Shown here: piece by piece, positions 1 through 9,907 of the stretch
Position numbering within the stretch: the first letter of the stretch is position 1
How the letters are laid out: each line of letters opens with the position of its first letter
From: Octopus sinensis
Taxonomy: Eukaryota
Assembly (NCBI RefSeq): GCF_006345805.1
Contig: NW_021825707.1
Coordinates: 1-14,738 of the forward strand
Length of the DNA stretch: 14,738 nucleotides
Reading direction: 5' to 3'
Program-made: the position numbers and the translations under genes
Notes under the pieces: generated by a model
What the model was told of the DNA's origin: nothing
The model's input: the letters and a program-made list of their open reading frames with translations, nothing else
Databases searched by the model: none

Positions 1-99
1 ATACCCGGTTTTGGTAAACTGCACCGCCAAATGTGGAGTAGTTAGGAATCTAAATCGTAGGAGACAGACATCACACAACCTCTCTTTTATATATAAAGA
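1..99 (-). mobile_element. 5' end of non-autonomous Helitron family A (continues beyond the window start)
   Basis: Minus strand starts A|TCTTTATATATAAAAG at 99. The 99 bp are homologous to the 5' ends at ~7875-7971 and ~8385-8485 (ccggttttggtaaactgcaccgc...gtagttaggaatctaaatcg). Confidence 0.8.
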
Positions 100-100
100 T

Positions 101-127
101 ATGTATATATATATATATATATTATAA

Positions 128-162
<35 letters not shown>

Positions 163-195
163 CATGTTATATTTATATTTATATATATATGTTTA
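101..195. repeat. Interrupted (TA)n microsatellite
   Basis: Directly visible. Confidence 0.95.
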
Positions 196-482
196 TACAT
201 ATATATTCATGCATACGTACTCTCCCGCACACTCGCCCGCAATTCCGAAACAATAGTTAACATAGTACTGTGCTATTAAATATATGTCAGGATTAACCAA
301 CAATCACTTTGTGTCTTCGGAAACTTTGTCCGTTATATCAAGTATTAAGCTTGTTTAAACTGTCACAAACACCTCTCAACTTCCTCTCTTCCTCCATCTT
401 GTTCTCATTCAACGAAATCCTAAAACCACCATAGGCTACAATTTTGCCACCGTTACTTTCTCGACATTTCCTCCTTCGTGCG

Positions 483-488
483 CACGCA

Positions 489-528
<40 letters not shown>

Positions 529-541
529 CACAACACACACA
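483..541. repeat. (CA)n microsatellite
   Basis: Directly visible. Confidence 0.95.
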
Positions 542-1639
542 AAAGTACCCGCTTGACTGCTCAGAGCTAAAATGCACCACCTTCCATTACCCTTTCAATC
601 TCTCCACAATTTCGTCTGAAACGACGTCCTCTCACGTCTCTAACTGTTTCCGATTATCGTAACACATTCGCCATTAATAATAAGAACCTTGGAACCAACA
701 TATCACATCACAATGGCCGTTGAAAAAGTCTGTTCTGACAACAATAACCTCTTTCCCTCCTCTGTAATAACCCTTAGTCTAAACCCGGCCTTCGTCAATT
801 TCACAATTTTAACAACTAACTCTTCTAAAGACTTATGCCTGAAGTCTCTTCAATGGATTTTTTTTCTGTCTTCTTTTCTCAACCAAGATTTACTTAAGCG
901 AAACAAACAAACACGCGAAGAAACATTTAAACGAACATACAGACACAATCCTTGCCATTGTTTCTAATATGTTTCGCATACAAGAAGCTTGCTTCAAGAC
1001 AACGTGTCAAAGAGTCCCTTCAGGAAAATTACCTCATTCTAGATGTTTCCTTCTCAATATTTAAACCCCCAGGAATACAAAGAAAGTAGAATTCAACTAC
1101 ATACATACAAATTGTCAAAGCCCTCCATAACTCCTTCTTCATCGTAAAACACACAGCGAGGAACCCACCGACACTTTATTTCTCTGTCTTGTTCTCTCTG
1201 TCTCTGTCTGTGTCTCTCTGTCTCTGTTCCTCTCTCTTTCTCTCTGTAAACCTGACAATCCGACTACGCAAGATAACAACACTTATTTTTCTTGTTTTTC
1301 AGGGGTTTCCTCTTTTACTTCTTTTTTTTTTCTTTCTTCTTTTTGCTTTGACACTACAAGAAAAAGAATGTAAATATAATTTAATTGTAGATCTTAGTAG
1401 AACGTCTTCTCCTCAGTAACGTTTATTAATAGTGCAAACAGAGTGTGGAATGGAAATATGGTTGAAGTGGAGATTGTGTGAGGTGGGTAAGGAACCAGGA
1501 GAATGAAGGAGGTGGGTTGGGCTGGAATTTCGGGTGAAATAAACGTAGAGAGAATGACACTCGCAATGAAGTAGGTCGCCATATTGAAGACGGAAGGAAT
1601 AAAGGAAATGAAATTTGATATTGTCTCCAATTACTGGAA

Positions 1640-1826
1640 TGTTGTTGTTATTTTTGTTGTTGTTGTTGTTGTTGTTGTTGTTGCCGCTGTTATTGCTGTT
1701 GCTGTTGTGCCTAACACCTATTCTGCAGCTGCAGTTGTTGTTGCTGTTGTTGTTGTTGTTGTTGTTGTTATTGTTACTGTTCCTTTTGTTGTTCTTGTTG
1801 TTATTGCTGCCGTTGTTGTTGTTGGT
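1640..1826. repeat. Cryptic (GTT)n/(AAC)n trinucleotide repeat
   Basis: GTT runs with GCT/ATT variants. It accounts for the poly-V and poly-L ORFs 1584..1973 and 1615..1962. Confidence 0.9.
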
Positions 1827-2180
1827 TTTGCTGCTGTCACCTCTATTTTTAGGGTTCTCTTCTCACCCCCCACACACACCTCTTCCCGCTACCTTGCTCC
1901 CCTCTTCAAATATTTGTGGCCTTCTGTTAATTCCAGAAAAAAAAAAAGAAAACCCTTATTAGCAGAGCAGTGAGTTGAGGGCGTGTGTGTCCACCCGCAC
2001 GTGGGAGGAAGGTGGGAGTCACGGTTGAGTACCGGACTAAATACCATGAAGTGCTTAATTATCTCCCTTTCTGTTTTGGGTTCGGATCCCACAGAGATAG
2101 GCTTTATCTGATATACTGTTCTGGGGTAGATTAACTCACATATCTTCCATCCTCAAATTCTATGGCCGTATGCTAAGTAC

Positions 2181-2265
2181 AGTGGATGGCAACAACTGCG
2201 CCATGTTCAACGGCGTTCCTTTCATCTCGAGTTCGAATTCGGCCGGGGTGGGCCTTATGTTTCCT
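2181..2265 (+). mobile_element. Degenerate head of SINE family S3 (related to 13785-14202)
   Basis: ctcgagttcgaattcggccggggtgggccttatgtttc resembles gtgagttcaaattccgccgaggtcgactttgcctttc, and a B-box-like gagttcgaattc is present. Confidence 0.35.
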
Positions 2266-2307
2266 ATTTCTCAAGTCTCCTTCTTGTCCCACTAATTCTC
2301 TGGTCTT

Positions 2308-2521
2308 TTATTTTTTTACTTGTTTTAGTCATTAGACTGCGGTCATGCTGGGGCACCGCCTTAGAGAATTTTACCCGAATGAATCGACCACAGTAATATT
2401 TTGTAAAGGCCAGGTACTTATTCTTTCGGTCTGTTTTGCCGAACCGCCTAGTTAGGGGGGGGACGTGATTACACGAACACCTGTTGTCAATCGGTGTTAA
2501 GGGACAAACCCTGGCACAAAG

Positions 2522-2562
<41 letters not shown>
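2308..2562 (-). mobile_element. 3' half of diverged SINE family S1
   Basis: Reverse complement matches the 3' half of 3138-3565 (gtcattagactgcggtcatgctggggcaccgcc...ttttgccgaaccgc). It ends in the central (CA)n tract and the head is missing. Confidence 0.8.
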
Positions 2563-2566
<4 letters not shown>

Positions 2567-2763
2567 CGAATGTCCTTTACCAAGCGAAGATAATAACCGA
2601 GTTTAGTAAATTTTCACTAACTTGAGTTTCACCAACATTCGCTGTTGCTCCGCGGGCCTTGAGAACCGATATAAGAGGCAACACTGTGACTGCCAGCATT
2701 ACATATCCCTTGAAACCATTTTTGTATGGAAATATTACATTGGATATATATATATATATATAT

Positions 2764-2932
2764 ATCAGCCCTGGTGTGGAGGAACACTCCGTCGTCGGAC
2801 GTTCTGAAGGCATAGTACAGGACAAGGGAGAAGAAAATTCCGAAGAGCGTCGGCACCAGAACGCAACCCTGTTTCACTCCACTCTGGATGGGGAACGACT
2901 CCGAGGGCGATCCGTCAAACTGCACCGTTCGC

Positions 2933-2937
<5 letters not shown>
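2764..2937 (-). pseudogene. Internal fragment of an RTE-clade (BovB-like) LINE reverse transcriptase
   Basis: 58 open codons: [66 protein letters not shown](A/V)PTLF is the typical RTE RT motif. Both sides abut (TA)n. Confidence 0.85.
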
Positions 2938-3565
<628 letters not shown>

Positions 3566-3978
3566 AAATAAAACAAAAAAATATATATATATATATTTGA
3601 AAAATAAGTTTTATCAAGACCCCCACTTAGAGTAGGCAGTTGTGATTTGAGCTGGTACCTTTTCAGTACCAGCAAAAAAAGGAAGATATTCTGCATTTGG
3701 CATATAATTGACTTTAGATGATTGATGTATAATAATTATGATGTATAATTTATAAATTTCAATTCTTAATATTACAAAGTATAATTTTTATTCTTAATTT
3801 TTAATTCTTAACTTTTAATCTTTAATGCTTAATTGTATTGCTTATTTTAAAAGGGATGTAAAATTAGATATATAATATTTTGAAATAGAACATGAAGATG
3901 TGTTGGAATAATGTAAATCTGACGATTGCATATATGTATTTACATATGTATATATATATAGGTATCCAGTTGTTAGTA

Positions 3979-4351
3979 TCTCTCTATATATAAACGGCAG
4001 TTTGTCTGTGCGTGTTTCTGTGTGTCTGTTTTCTTGTACCCTCACCCTGAACACGGCTTTCAACCGATTCTGATGAAACTTGACACACATGTCATAATTC
4101 AAAACTAACGCAGCGAAAATTTTGAAAAGTTCCCCCAGTTCTGAAAAAAATCGATAAATTCGACATGGGGTCGAGAATCAGAAACACAAATTGCAAACTG
4201 TGTAGGGGACGCAACTCCACCTTTTTTAACTAAAAAAAAAATTTACCATCATTTTTTTCCATCTTTTTGCTGTTTTTTGGCTATAACTCTCTAAAAATGC
4301 TTTATAGTTATTTACCTTACAAACCTGAGCAACGCCGGGCGATACTGCTAG
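3979..4351 (+). mobile_element. Non-autonomous Helitron (family C 5' end, family A-type 3' end)
   Basis: A|TCTCTCTATATATAAAC start, 3' imperfect hairpin cctgagcaacgccggg followed by ctgCTAG|T, inserted in an AT dinucleotide with no TSD. Confidence 0.85.
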
Positions 4352-4412
4352 TGTATATATATATTGTAATCTTCCAATACTGAAACACGTGTAGTTCCTT
4401 CATATTTAATAA

Positions 4413-4481
4413 ATCTAAGTATTAACTAAAGTAGGATATAATTAATGAAATATATTATACACCCTGCTAGAAATTTGGTTA
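4413..4481 (+). repeat. 69-bp sequence identical to 12149-12217
   Basis: atctaagtattaactaaagtaggatataattaatgaaatatattatacaccctgctagaaatttggtta, 69/69 match by eye. Confidence 0.9.
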
Positions 4482-4602
4482 TATCCTGCAAACTGATATC
4501 ATGAGTTTACTGTAAGATATATACTCATTAGGTTGTCTTTTTTGTATTATCTGAAATAGAATACCCGCATATCGATTAATCCCCCAAAACTGAATTATAG
4601 AT

Positions 4603-4714
4603 ACACACACACACGCGCGCGAGCGCACGCACACATACCGACACAAAGACACACACACACACACACACACACACCACACACACACACACACACATACACA
4701 CACACACACACACA
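4603..4714. repeat. (CA)n microsatellite with interruptions
   Basis: Directly visible. Its last A is the 5' flank of Helitron B1. Confidence 0.95.
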
Positions 4715-5244
4715 TCTCTATATATAAAACTGAAATGCGTTTTTACCGCTTGGATCGCTTTCAATGCCACTACGACCCGTCCGATTCGCTCCAAAATTTA
4801 CAGGGACATGTAGAATGAGGTGACGATGCGCGTGGGCTACCTTAGAAATCCCTATCTTAAAAGGTGTGGTTGCTAGGGGCCATCTTCTTCACTCACACTA
4901 TTTCCTTCTTTCCCTCTCTTACTCCCCTTCATTTATAACGTTGACAATGTCCACTCCCGTTATTTAATGTATTCCCCTCAACTCCCTTTCACTTTGCCTT
5001 TATAAGGTCGTCAGGCGGCTTTCTTTGATGTATCTGTTTGCATTCATAGGGAGAATTATCATCGCCTCAATTTATGTATATGTCTTCCTCACTCACTCAC
5101 TCTTTTTCCTAATGATAATTATCATCGCCGCCACCACCACCACCACCACCACCAACACACAATAGTCACTCTATTTCATACAAACGGCCTTCTTTTATGT
5201 ATCTGTCTGTGTGAAAGAGAGAGATAACTGACATTTTTTACTCG

Positions 5245-5521
5245 GTTTTTGTAGTGCGTGCGTGTGTATGCATGTATGTGTATATGTATGTATGCATGTA
5301 TGTATGTGTGTGTGTGTATGTATCTATGTATGTGTGTGTGTGTATGTATGTGTATGTGTGTATGTGTGTGTATGTATGTGTGAGTGTGCATGTATGTATG
5401 TACCTTTGCCTGTTTATGTAACGGTCTGCTATGTAGAAATAAGGTTGACTCAATGGAAATGCATACATACACACACACATACATACACATACATACAGAT
5501 ACATACACACACACACATACA
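5245..5521. repeat. Compound (TG)/(TA)/(CA) microsatellite inside Helitron B1
   Basis: Directly visible. It accounts for ORFs 5176..5514, 5238..5522 and 5262..5588. Confidence 0.9.
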
Positions 5522-6311
5522 TAGATGCAGACCTATGTTAAAAGTGCTGGCAAGTTTGCATGACAACTATTTTTTTTTCCTCAAATGAAAGGCGTGACCT
5601 CTAGGACAAAATTCCTCATCTTATGAAATGTGGCCCCAGTACACCCGAATGTAATCACGTTATATTAACCAAAATGTGAAAAGGGGTCTAAATGGGGCTG
5701 GAAGGGGATTAAAATTTAAAGGAGCGGGTGTTTAGGAATTCTCTGTTACATCAAGCTAAAAAATTTGCGCCAGCCTTTTAATCGTCAATGTGTTGCCGTC
5801 CATGATGAAGAAGTTTTGAATGCTTGCCATGGTGAGTCTACTGTTGTGAAAAAGAATCACTTCAAAACTAGGTGTTTAGGGATTTTCTTTTACATCAAGT
5901 TCAAAATTTTACGCCAGCCGTTAAACTGTCAAAACGTTGCTGTCCGTCGTTAAGAAATGCCAGCCATGCTGACTCTTACTACCCTCAGATTCTATCCCTT
6001 CAAACTTGGTTTCCAATATTTTATTATTTTTATTCAGCTCGCAAGTTCGTCTGTCCCTTTTAAATGTTAGTGTTTTGCTGTCTGCCTTGAAGCAGACCTT
6101 TCCGTTGTTACTGTCTGATATTTATGATTGATCTTTCTAAATATTTTATTTCTCAACTTACTCAAGATATTTTGTTGTTTATAAATGGGAGAGAGATAGA
6201 TAAAGATAGAGAGTAAGAGAAAGCGAGGGAGAGTCCGAGAGGAAAGGAAGAGAGTAAGAGAGTGGGGAAAGTGAGAGGAAAGAGAAAGGACAGAGAAACA
6301 AAGAGGGAGAA

Positions 6312-6620
6312 CATCATCATCATCATCGTTTAACGTCCGTTTTCGGTGCTAGCACGGGTTGGACAGTTTGACCAGGGTCTGGGAAGCCAGGAGGCTGCAC
6401 CAGGCTCCAGTCTGATCTGGCAGTGTTTCTACAGGTGGATGCCCTTCCTAACGCCAACCACTCTGTGAGCGTAGTGGGTGCATTTTTCGTGCCGCCGGCA
6501 CAGGTGCCAGGGGGGCTGGCAATGGCCACGATCGGTTGGTGCTTTTTACGTGTCACTGGCACAGAAGCCAGTCAAGGCGGCGCTGCAATCCGCCACGTTC
6601 GGATGGTACTTTTTACGTGC
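6312..6620 (-). mobile_element. 5'-truncated SINE-like retroposon S2 with (GAT)n tail, inside Helitron B1
   Basis: Minus-strand 3' end ...aaacggacgttaaacgatgatgatgatg, conserved ggttggcgttaggaagggcatcc motif, and ~60-67-bp internal tandem units (ggtgctttttacgtg...ggcac) at 6477, 6537 and 6604. Confidence 0.75.
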
Positions 6621-7089
6621 TGAAAGGAAGCAACAGAAAGTAACAACCACACTCTTACCCGCGCGAGGAGCGGGTCACCTTCAGCTAGTCTCTATATATA
6701 AAACTGAAATGCGTTTTTACCGCTTGGTTCGCTTTCAATGCCACTACATCCCGTCCGATTCGCTCCAAAATTTACAGGGACATGTAGAATGAGGTGACGA
6801 TGCGCGTGGGCTACCTTAGAAATCCTATCTAAAAGCTGTGGTTGCTAGGGGCCATCTTCCTCACTCACCCTATTTCCTCCTTCCCTCTCTACTCCTCTTC
6901 ATAACTTTCAGAAGTCCACTACGGTTATTTAAAGTATCTGTCACTATCGCTATTCTTTCTTTTTCACTGACTCTGTTTCCTACCTCTATCACTTCGGCGA
7001 CGTTCTTTTAAGTATATGTCTGTCATCAACAATCAACACACGAGCATGAGAACAAATATTATGAATCAGATATTCTTGCGTTCATTTAT

Positions 7090-7340
7090 ATGTGTGTGTG
7101 TGTGTGTGTTCTATATATATATATATATAATATAATGTATATATAATGTATGGTATGTGTGTGTGTGTTCTATATATAAATATGTATATATAATGTATGT
7201 GTGTGTGTGTGTTCTATATATAAATATGTATATAATGTATGTGTGTGTGTGTGTTCTATATATAATATGTATATATAATGTATGTGTGTGTGTGTGTGTG
7301 TGTGTTCTATATATAAATATGTATATATAATGTATATATA
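7090..7340. repeat. Minisatellite of ~5 units of ~42 bp: (GT)n-TCTATATATAAATATGTATATATAATGTAT
   Basis: Unit structure is directly readable and differs mainly in (GT) copy number. Confidence 0.85.
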
Positions 7341-7480
7341 CAAGTGTATATATCTGTATTTATGTATATTAAACTTTTTCATACTTTTTCATAGTTATAT
7401 ATATTTTAAACAAATTATAAATATAATTTCATAATTTTTATTTTCAATTTAAATATTTAAAGTTTCAATTTTATATTTTA

Positions 7481-7971
7481 CTAGCAGTATCGCCCGGCGT
7501 TGCTCGGGTTTGTAGGGAAATAACTATATAAGCATTTTTAGTGAGTTATAGCAAAAAAAATAGCAAAAAATTCTAAAGATGGAAAAAAAATGATAGTAAT
7601 TTCTTTTTTAAATCGTTGACTCACGTAGACATTTTTAGAGAGTTACTTCCCTTATATAATAGCGAAAAATGCATTAAAATGGAATAAAAAATGATGGGAA
7701 TTTTTTTTTAATCGTTGACTCATCGTAGACATTTTAGAGAGTTACTTCCCTTATATAATAGCGAAAAATGCATTAAAATGGAATAAAAAATGATGGTAAT
7801 TTTTTTAAAAATCGTAGACTCATCGTAGACGCGCGCTAAACCCAGAAGGGATCGATATGAATCACGACTATAAGATACCGGTTTTGGTTACACTGCACCG
7901 CAAAATGTGGGAGTAGTTAGGAATCTAAATCGTAGCAGACAGATACACAACCTTACTTTTATATATAAAGA
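7481..7971 (-). mobile_element. Non-autonomous Helitron family A (491 bp) nested in B2
   Basis: Minus strand: A|TCTTTATATATAAAAG at 7971 ... cccgagcaacgccgggcgatactgCTAG|T at 7481. Internal ~100-bp tandem units at ~7590, ~7691 and ~7790. Confidence 0.88.
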
Positions 7972-8268
7972 TTTGTGCAACAACTAAAACATTCGGTTGT
8001 GCAAATTGTTTGCACAGGAAACCTGCCCTGTGTGGCGGTTTTTTGCCGTTTTTTGGAATCTGTTTCAGCTTTTAGCGATTTCTGTTTTGGCGACTTCAAG
8101 CCATGAAGTCGTTGTTCTAAAAGAACGCTGGTCTCCTTCACAACGCATTACGACGTTAATTTCCTTATACTCCCTTCCCCACAGCTTCACGAGGGAGGGA
8201 AGAAGGGGGAGAAAAACACACAGGTGCAGGCGTGAGCGTGGACGCCAACTCCGCCGCCATCGACACAC

Positions 8269-8485
8269 GAAAAAATATGCATTAAAATGGAATAAAAAAT
8301 GATGTTAAATTATTTTAAAAATCGTACACTCTCGTAGACGCGCGCTAATACCCAGACGGGCTCGATATGAATCACGACTATAAGATACCCGAATTTGGTT
8401 AAACTGCACCGCAAAATTTGGGAGTAGTTAGGAATCTAAATCGAAGGGGACAGACACTCACACAACTACAGTTTTATATAATAGA
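8269..8485 (-). mobile_element. Second 5' module of Helitron family A
   Basis: Minus strand A|TCTATTATATAAAAC at 8485. Aligns to ~7760-7971. It has no CTAG end of its own. Confidence 0.8.
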
Positions 8486-9496
8486 TATATTTCTATGTGT
8501 TATATATTCTTTTTTATGTTTTTGTTTTTGGTTTTTCACTGTTTGATTTGCCTATTAGTGGTTTTATCTCTAATTTAATTTATACAGTATATATCTCATT
8601 TGTATACATTTGTATATATAATGCGTGCACCACCAACACACAACACCACACACATATATATATGTATATACACACATATATATATAACGTGTGCATTACG
8701 TAGTCTGTCGATTCACCTGAAAATATGCACACCTATGTTAAGGTGCTGACAAGTTTGCATCACAACTATTTTGTTCCTCAAATGAAAGGCGTCACCTCTA
8801 GGACAAAATTCCTCATCTTATAAAATGTGGCCCCAGTACCCCCGAATGAAATCGGGTATATTAACCAAATGTGTGAAAAGGGGTCTAAATGGGGCTGGAA
8901 GGGATATAAAATTTCAAAGAGCGGGTGTTTAGGAATTCTCTGTTGCATCAAGCTAAAAAAATTGCGCCAGCCTTTTAATCGTCAATGTGTTGCCGTCCAT
9001 GATAAAGAAGTTTTGAATGCTTGCCATGGTGAGTCTACTGTCGTGAGAAAGAATCACTTCAAAACTTGGTGTTTACGAATTTTCTTTTACATCAAGTTCA
9101 AAATTTTACGCCAGCCGTTAAACTGTCACTACGTTGCTGTCCGTCGTTAAGAAATGCCAGCCATGGTGACTCTACTGTCCTCAGATTCTATCCCTTCAAA
9201 CTTTGGTTTCCAATATTTTATTATTTTATTCAGCTCGCAAGTTCGTCTGTCCCTTTGAATGTTAGCGTTTTGCTGTCTGCCTTGAAGCAGACCTTTCCAT
9301 TGCCACTGCCTGATATTTCTGATTGATCTTTCTAAATATTTTATTTCTCAACTTACTCAAGATCTTCTGTTGTTTATAAATGGGAGAGAGATAGATAAAG
9401 ATAGAGAGTAAGAGAAAGCGAGGGAGAGTCAGAGAGAAAAGAAAAGTAAGAGAGTGGGAAAGTGAGAGAGAAAGGAGAGAGAAACAAATACGGAGA

Positions 9497-9806
9497 ATCA
9501 TCATCATCATCATCGTTTAACGTCCGTTTTCCGTGCTAGCACGGGTTGGGCAGTGTGACCGGGTCTGGGAAGCCAGGAGGCTGCACCAGGCTCCAGTCTG
9601 ATCTGGCAGTGTTTCTACAGGTGGATGACCTTCCTAACGCTAACCACACTGTGAGTGTAGTGAGTGCTTTTTTCGTGCCGACGGCACTGGTGCCAGGGGG
9701 GCTGGCAGTGGCAACGATCGGTTGGTGCTTTTTACGTGCCACCAGCACAGAAGCAAGTCAAGGCGGCGCTGCAATCCGCCACGTTCGGATGGTGCTTTTT
9801 ACGTGC
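9497..9806 (-). mobile_element. SINE-like retroposon S2 inside Helitron B2
   Basis: Homologue of 6312-6620 with the same flanks and the same truncation point (acgtgc|tgaaagg). Confidence 0.78.
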
Positions 9807-9873
9807 TGAAAGGAAGCAACAGAAAGTAACACCCACACTCTTACCCGCGCGTAGAGCGGGTCACCTTCAGCTA

Positions 9874-9907
<34 letters not shown>

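Larger units (their letters stand above)
4715..6688 (+). mobile_element. Non-autonomous Helitron family B, unit 1 (1974 bp)
   Basis: A|TCTCTATATATAAAACTG start. 3' hairpin ACCCGC-gcgagga-GCGGGT (6657-6675), then 9 nt, then CTAG (6685-6688). Shares its 5' and 3' modules with 6689-9874. Confidence 0.85.
6689..9874 (+). mobile_element. Non-autonomous Helitron family B, unit 2 (3186 bp including nested insertions)
   Basis: Starts TCTCTATATATAAAACTG immediately after the CTAG of unit 1. Ends with ACCCGC-gcgtaga-GCGGGT (9843-9861) and CTAG|T (9871-9874). ~8725-9874 aligns to ~5525-6688. Confidence 0.8.

Noticed and set aside
955-1005. Minus-strand cttgaagcaagcttcttgtatgcgaaacata as a possible third hammerhead
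   Set aside because: No CUGANGA core, stem II is only 2-3 bp, and there is no stem I pairing.
703-1190. Two ~48-codon open stretches on the minus strand (RDFRHKSLEELVVKIVKLTKAGFRLRVITEEG... and SVGGFLAVCFTMKKELWRAL...)
   Set aside because: Possibly a decayed retroelement ORF1, but I recognise no motif and the lengths are within chance expectation. BLASTx would be needed.
1584-1973. Poly-Val and poly-Leu ORFs (129 aa and 115 aa), and the Thr/Ala-rich mucin-like antisense frame
   Set aside because: These are translations of a cryptic (GTT)n repeat. The antisense Thr-rich frame has an internal stop and there is no domain-like sequence.
6477-6620. CRISPR-like array (recurrent ggtgctttttacgtg units; also the 100-bp and 183-bp repeats)
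   Set aside because: The context is eukaryotic, the units are degenerate along their whole length, and there are no unique spacers or cas genes.
8827-9150. 107-aa ORF with an internal repeat, partly open in the other Helitron unit (5765..5953)
   Set aside because: Unit 1 has an in-frame TAA upstream (aaa att taa agg), and the differences between units are largely non-synonymous (K/E, W/R, R/G, H/Q, Y/N), so there is no sign of coding constraint.
4715-9874. Autonomous Helitron (RepHel gene)
   Set aside because: No HUH Rep or PIF1 helicase motifs in any supplied ORF. All Helitron copies here are non-autonomous.
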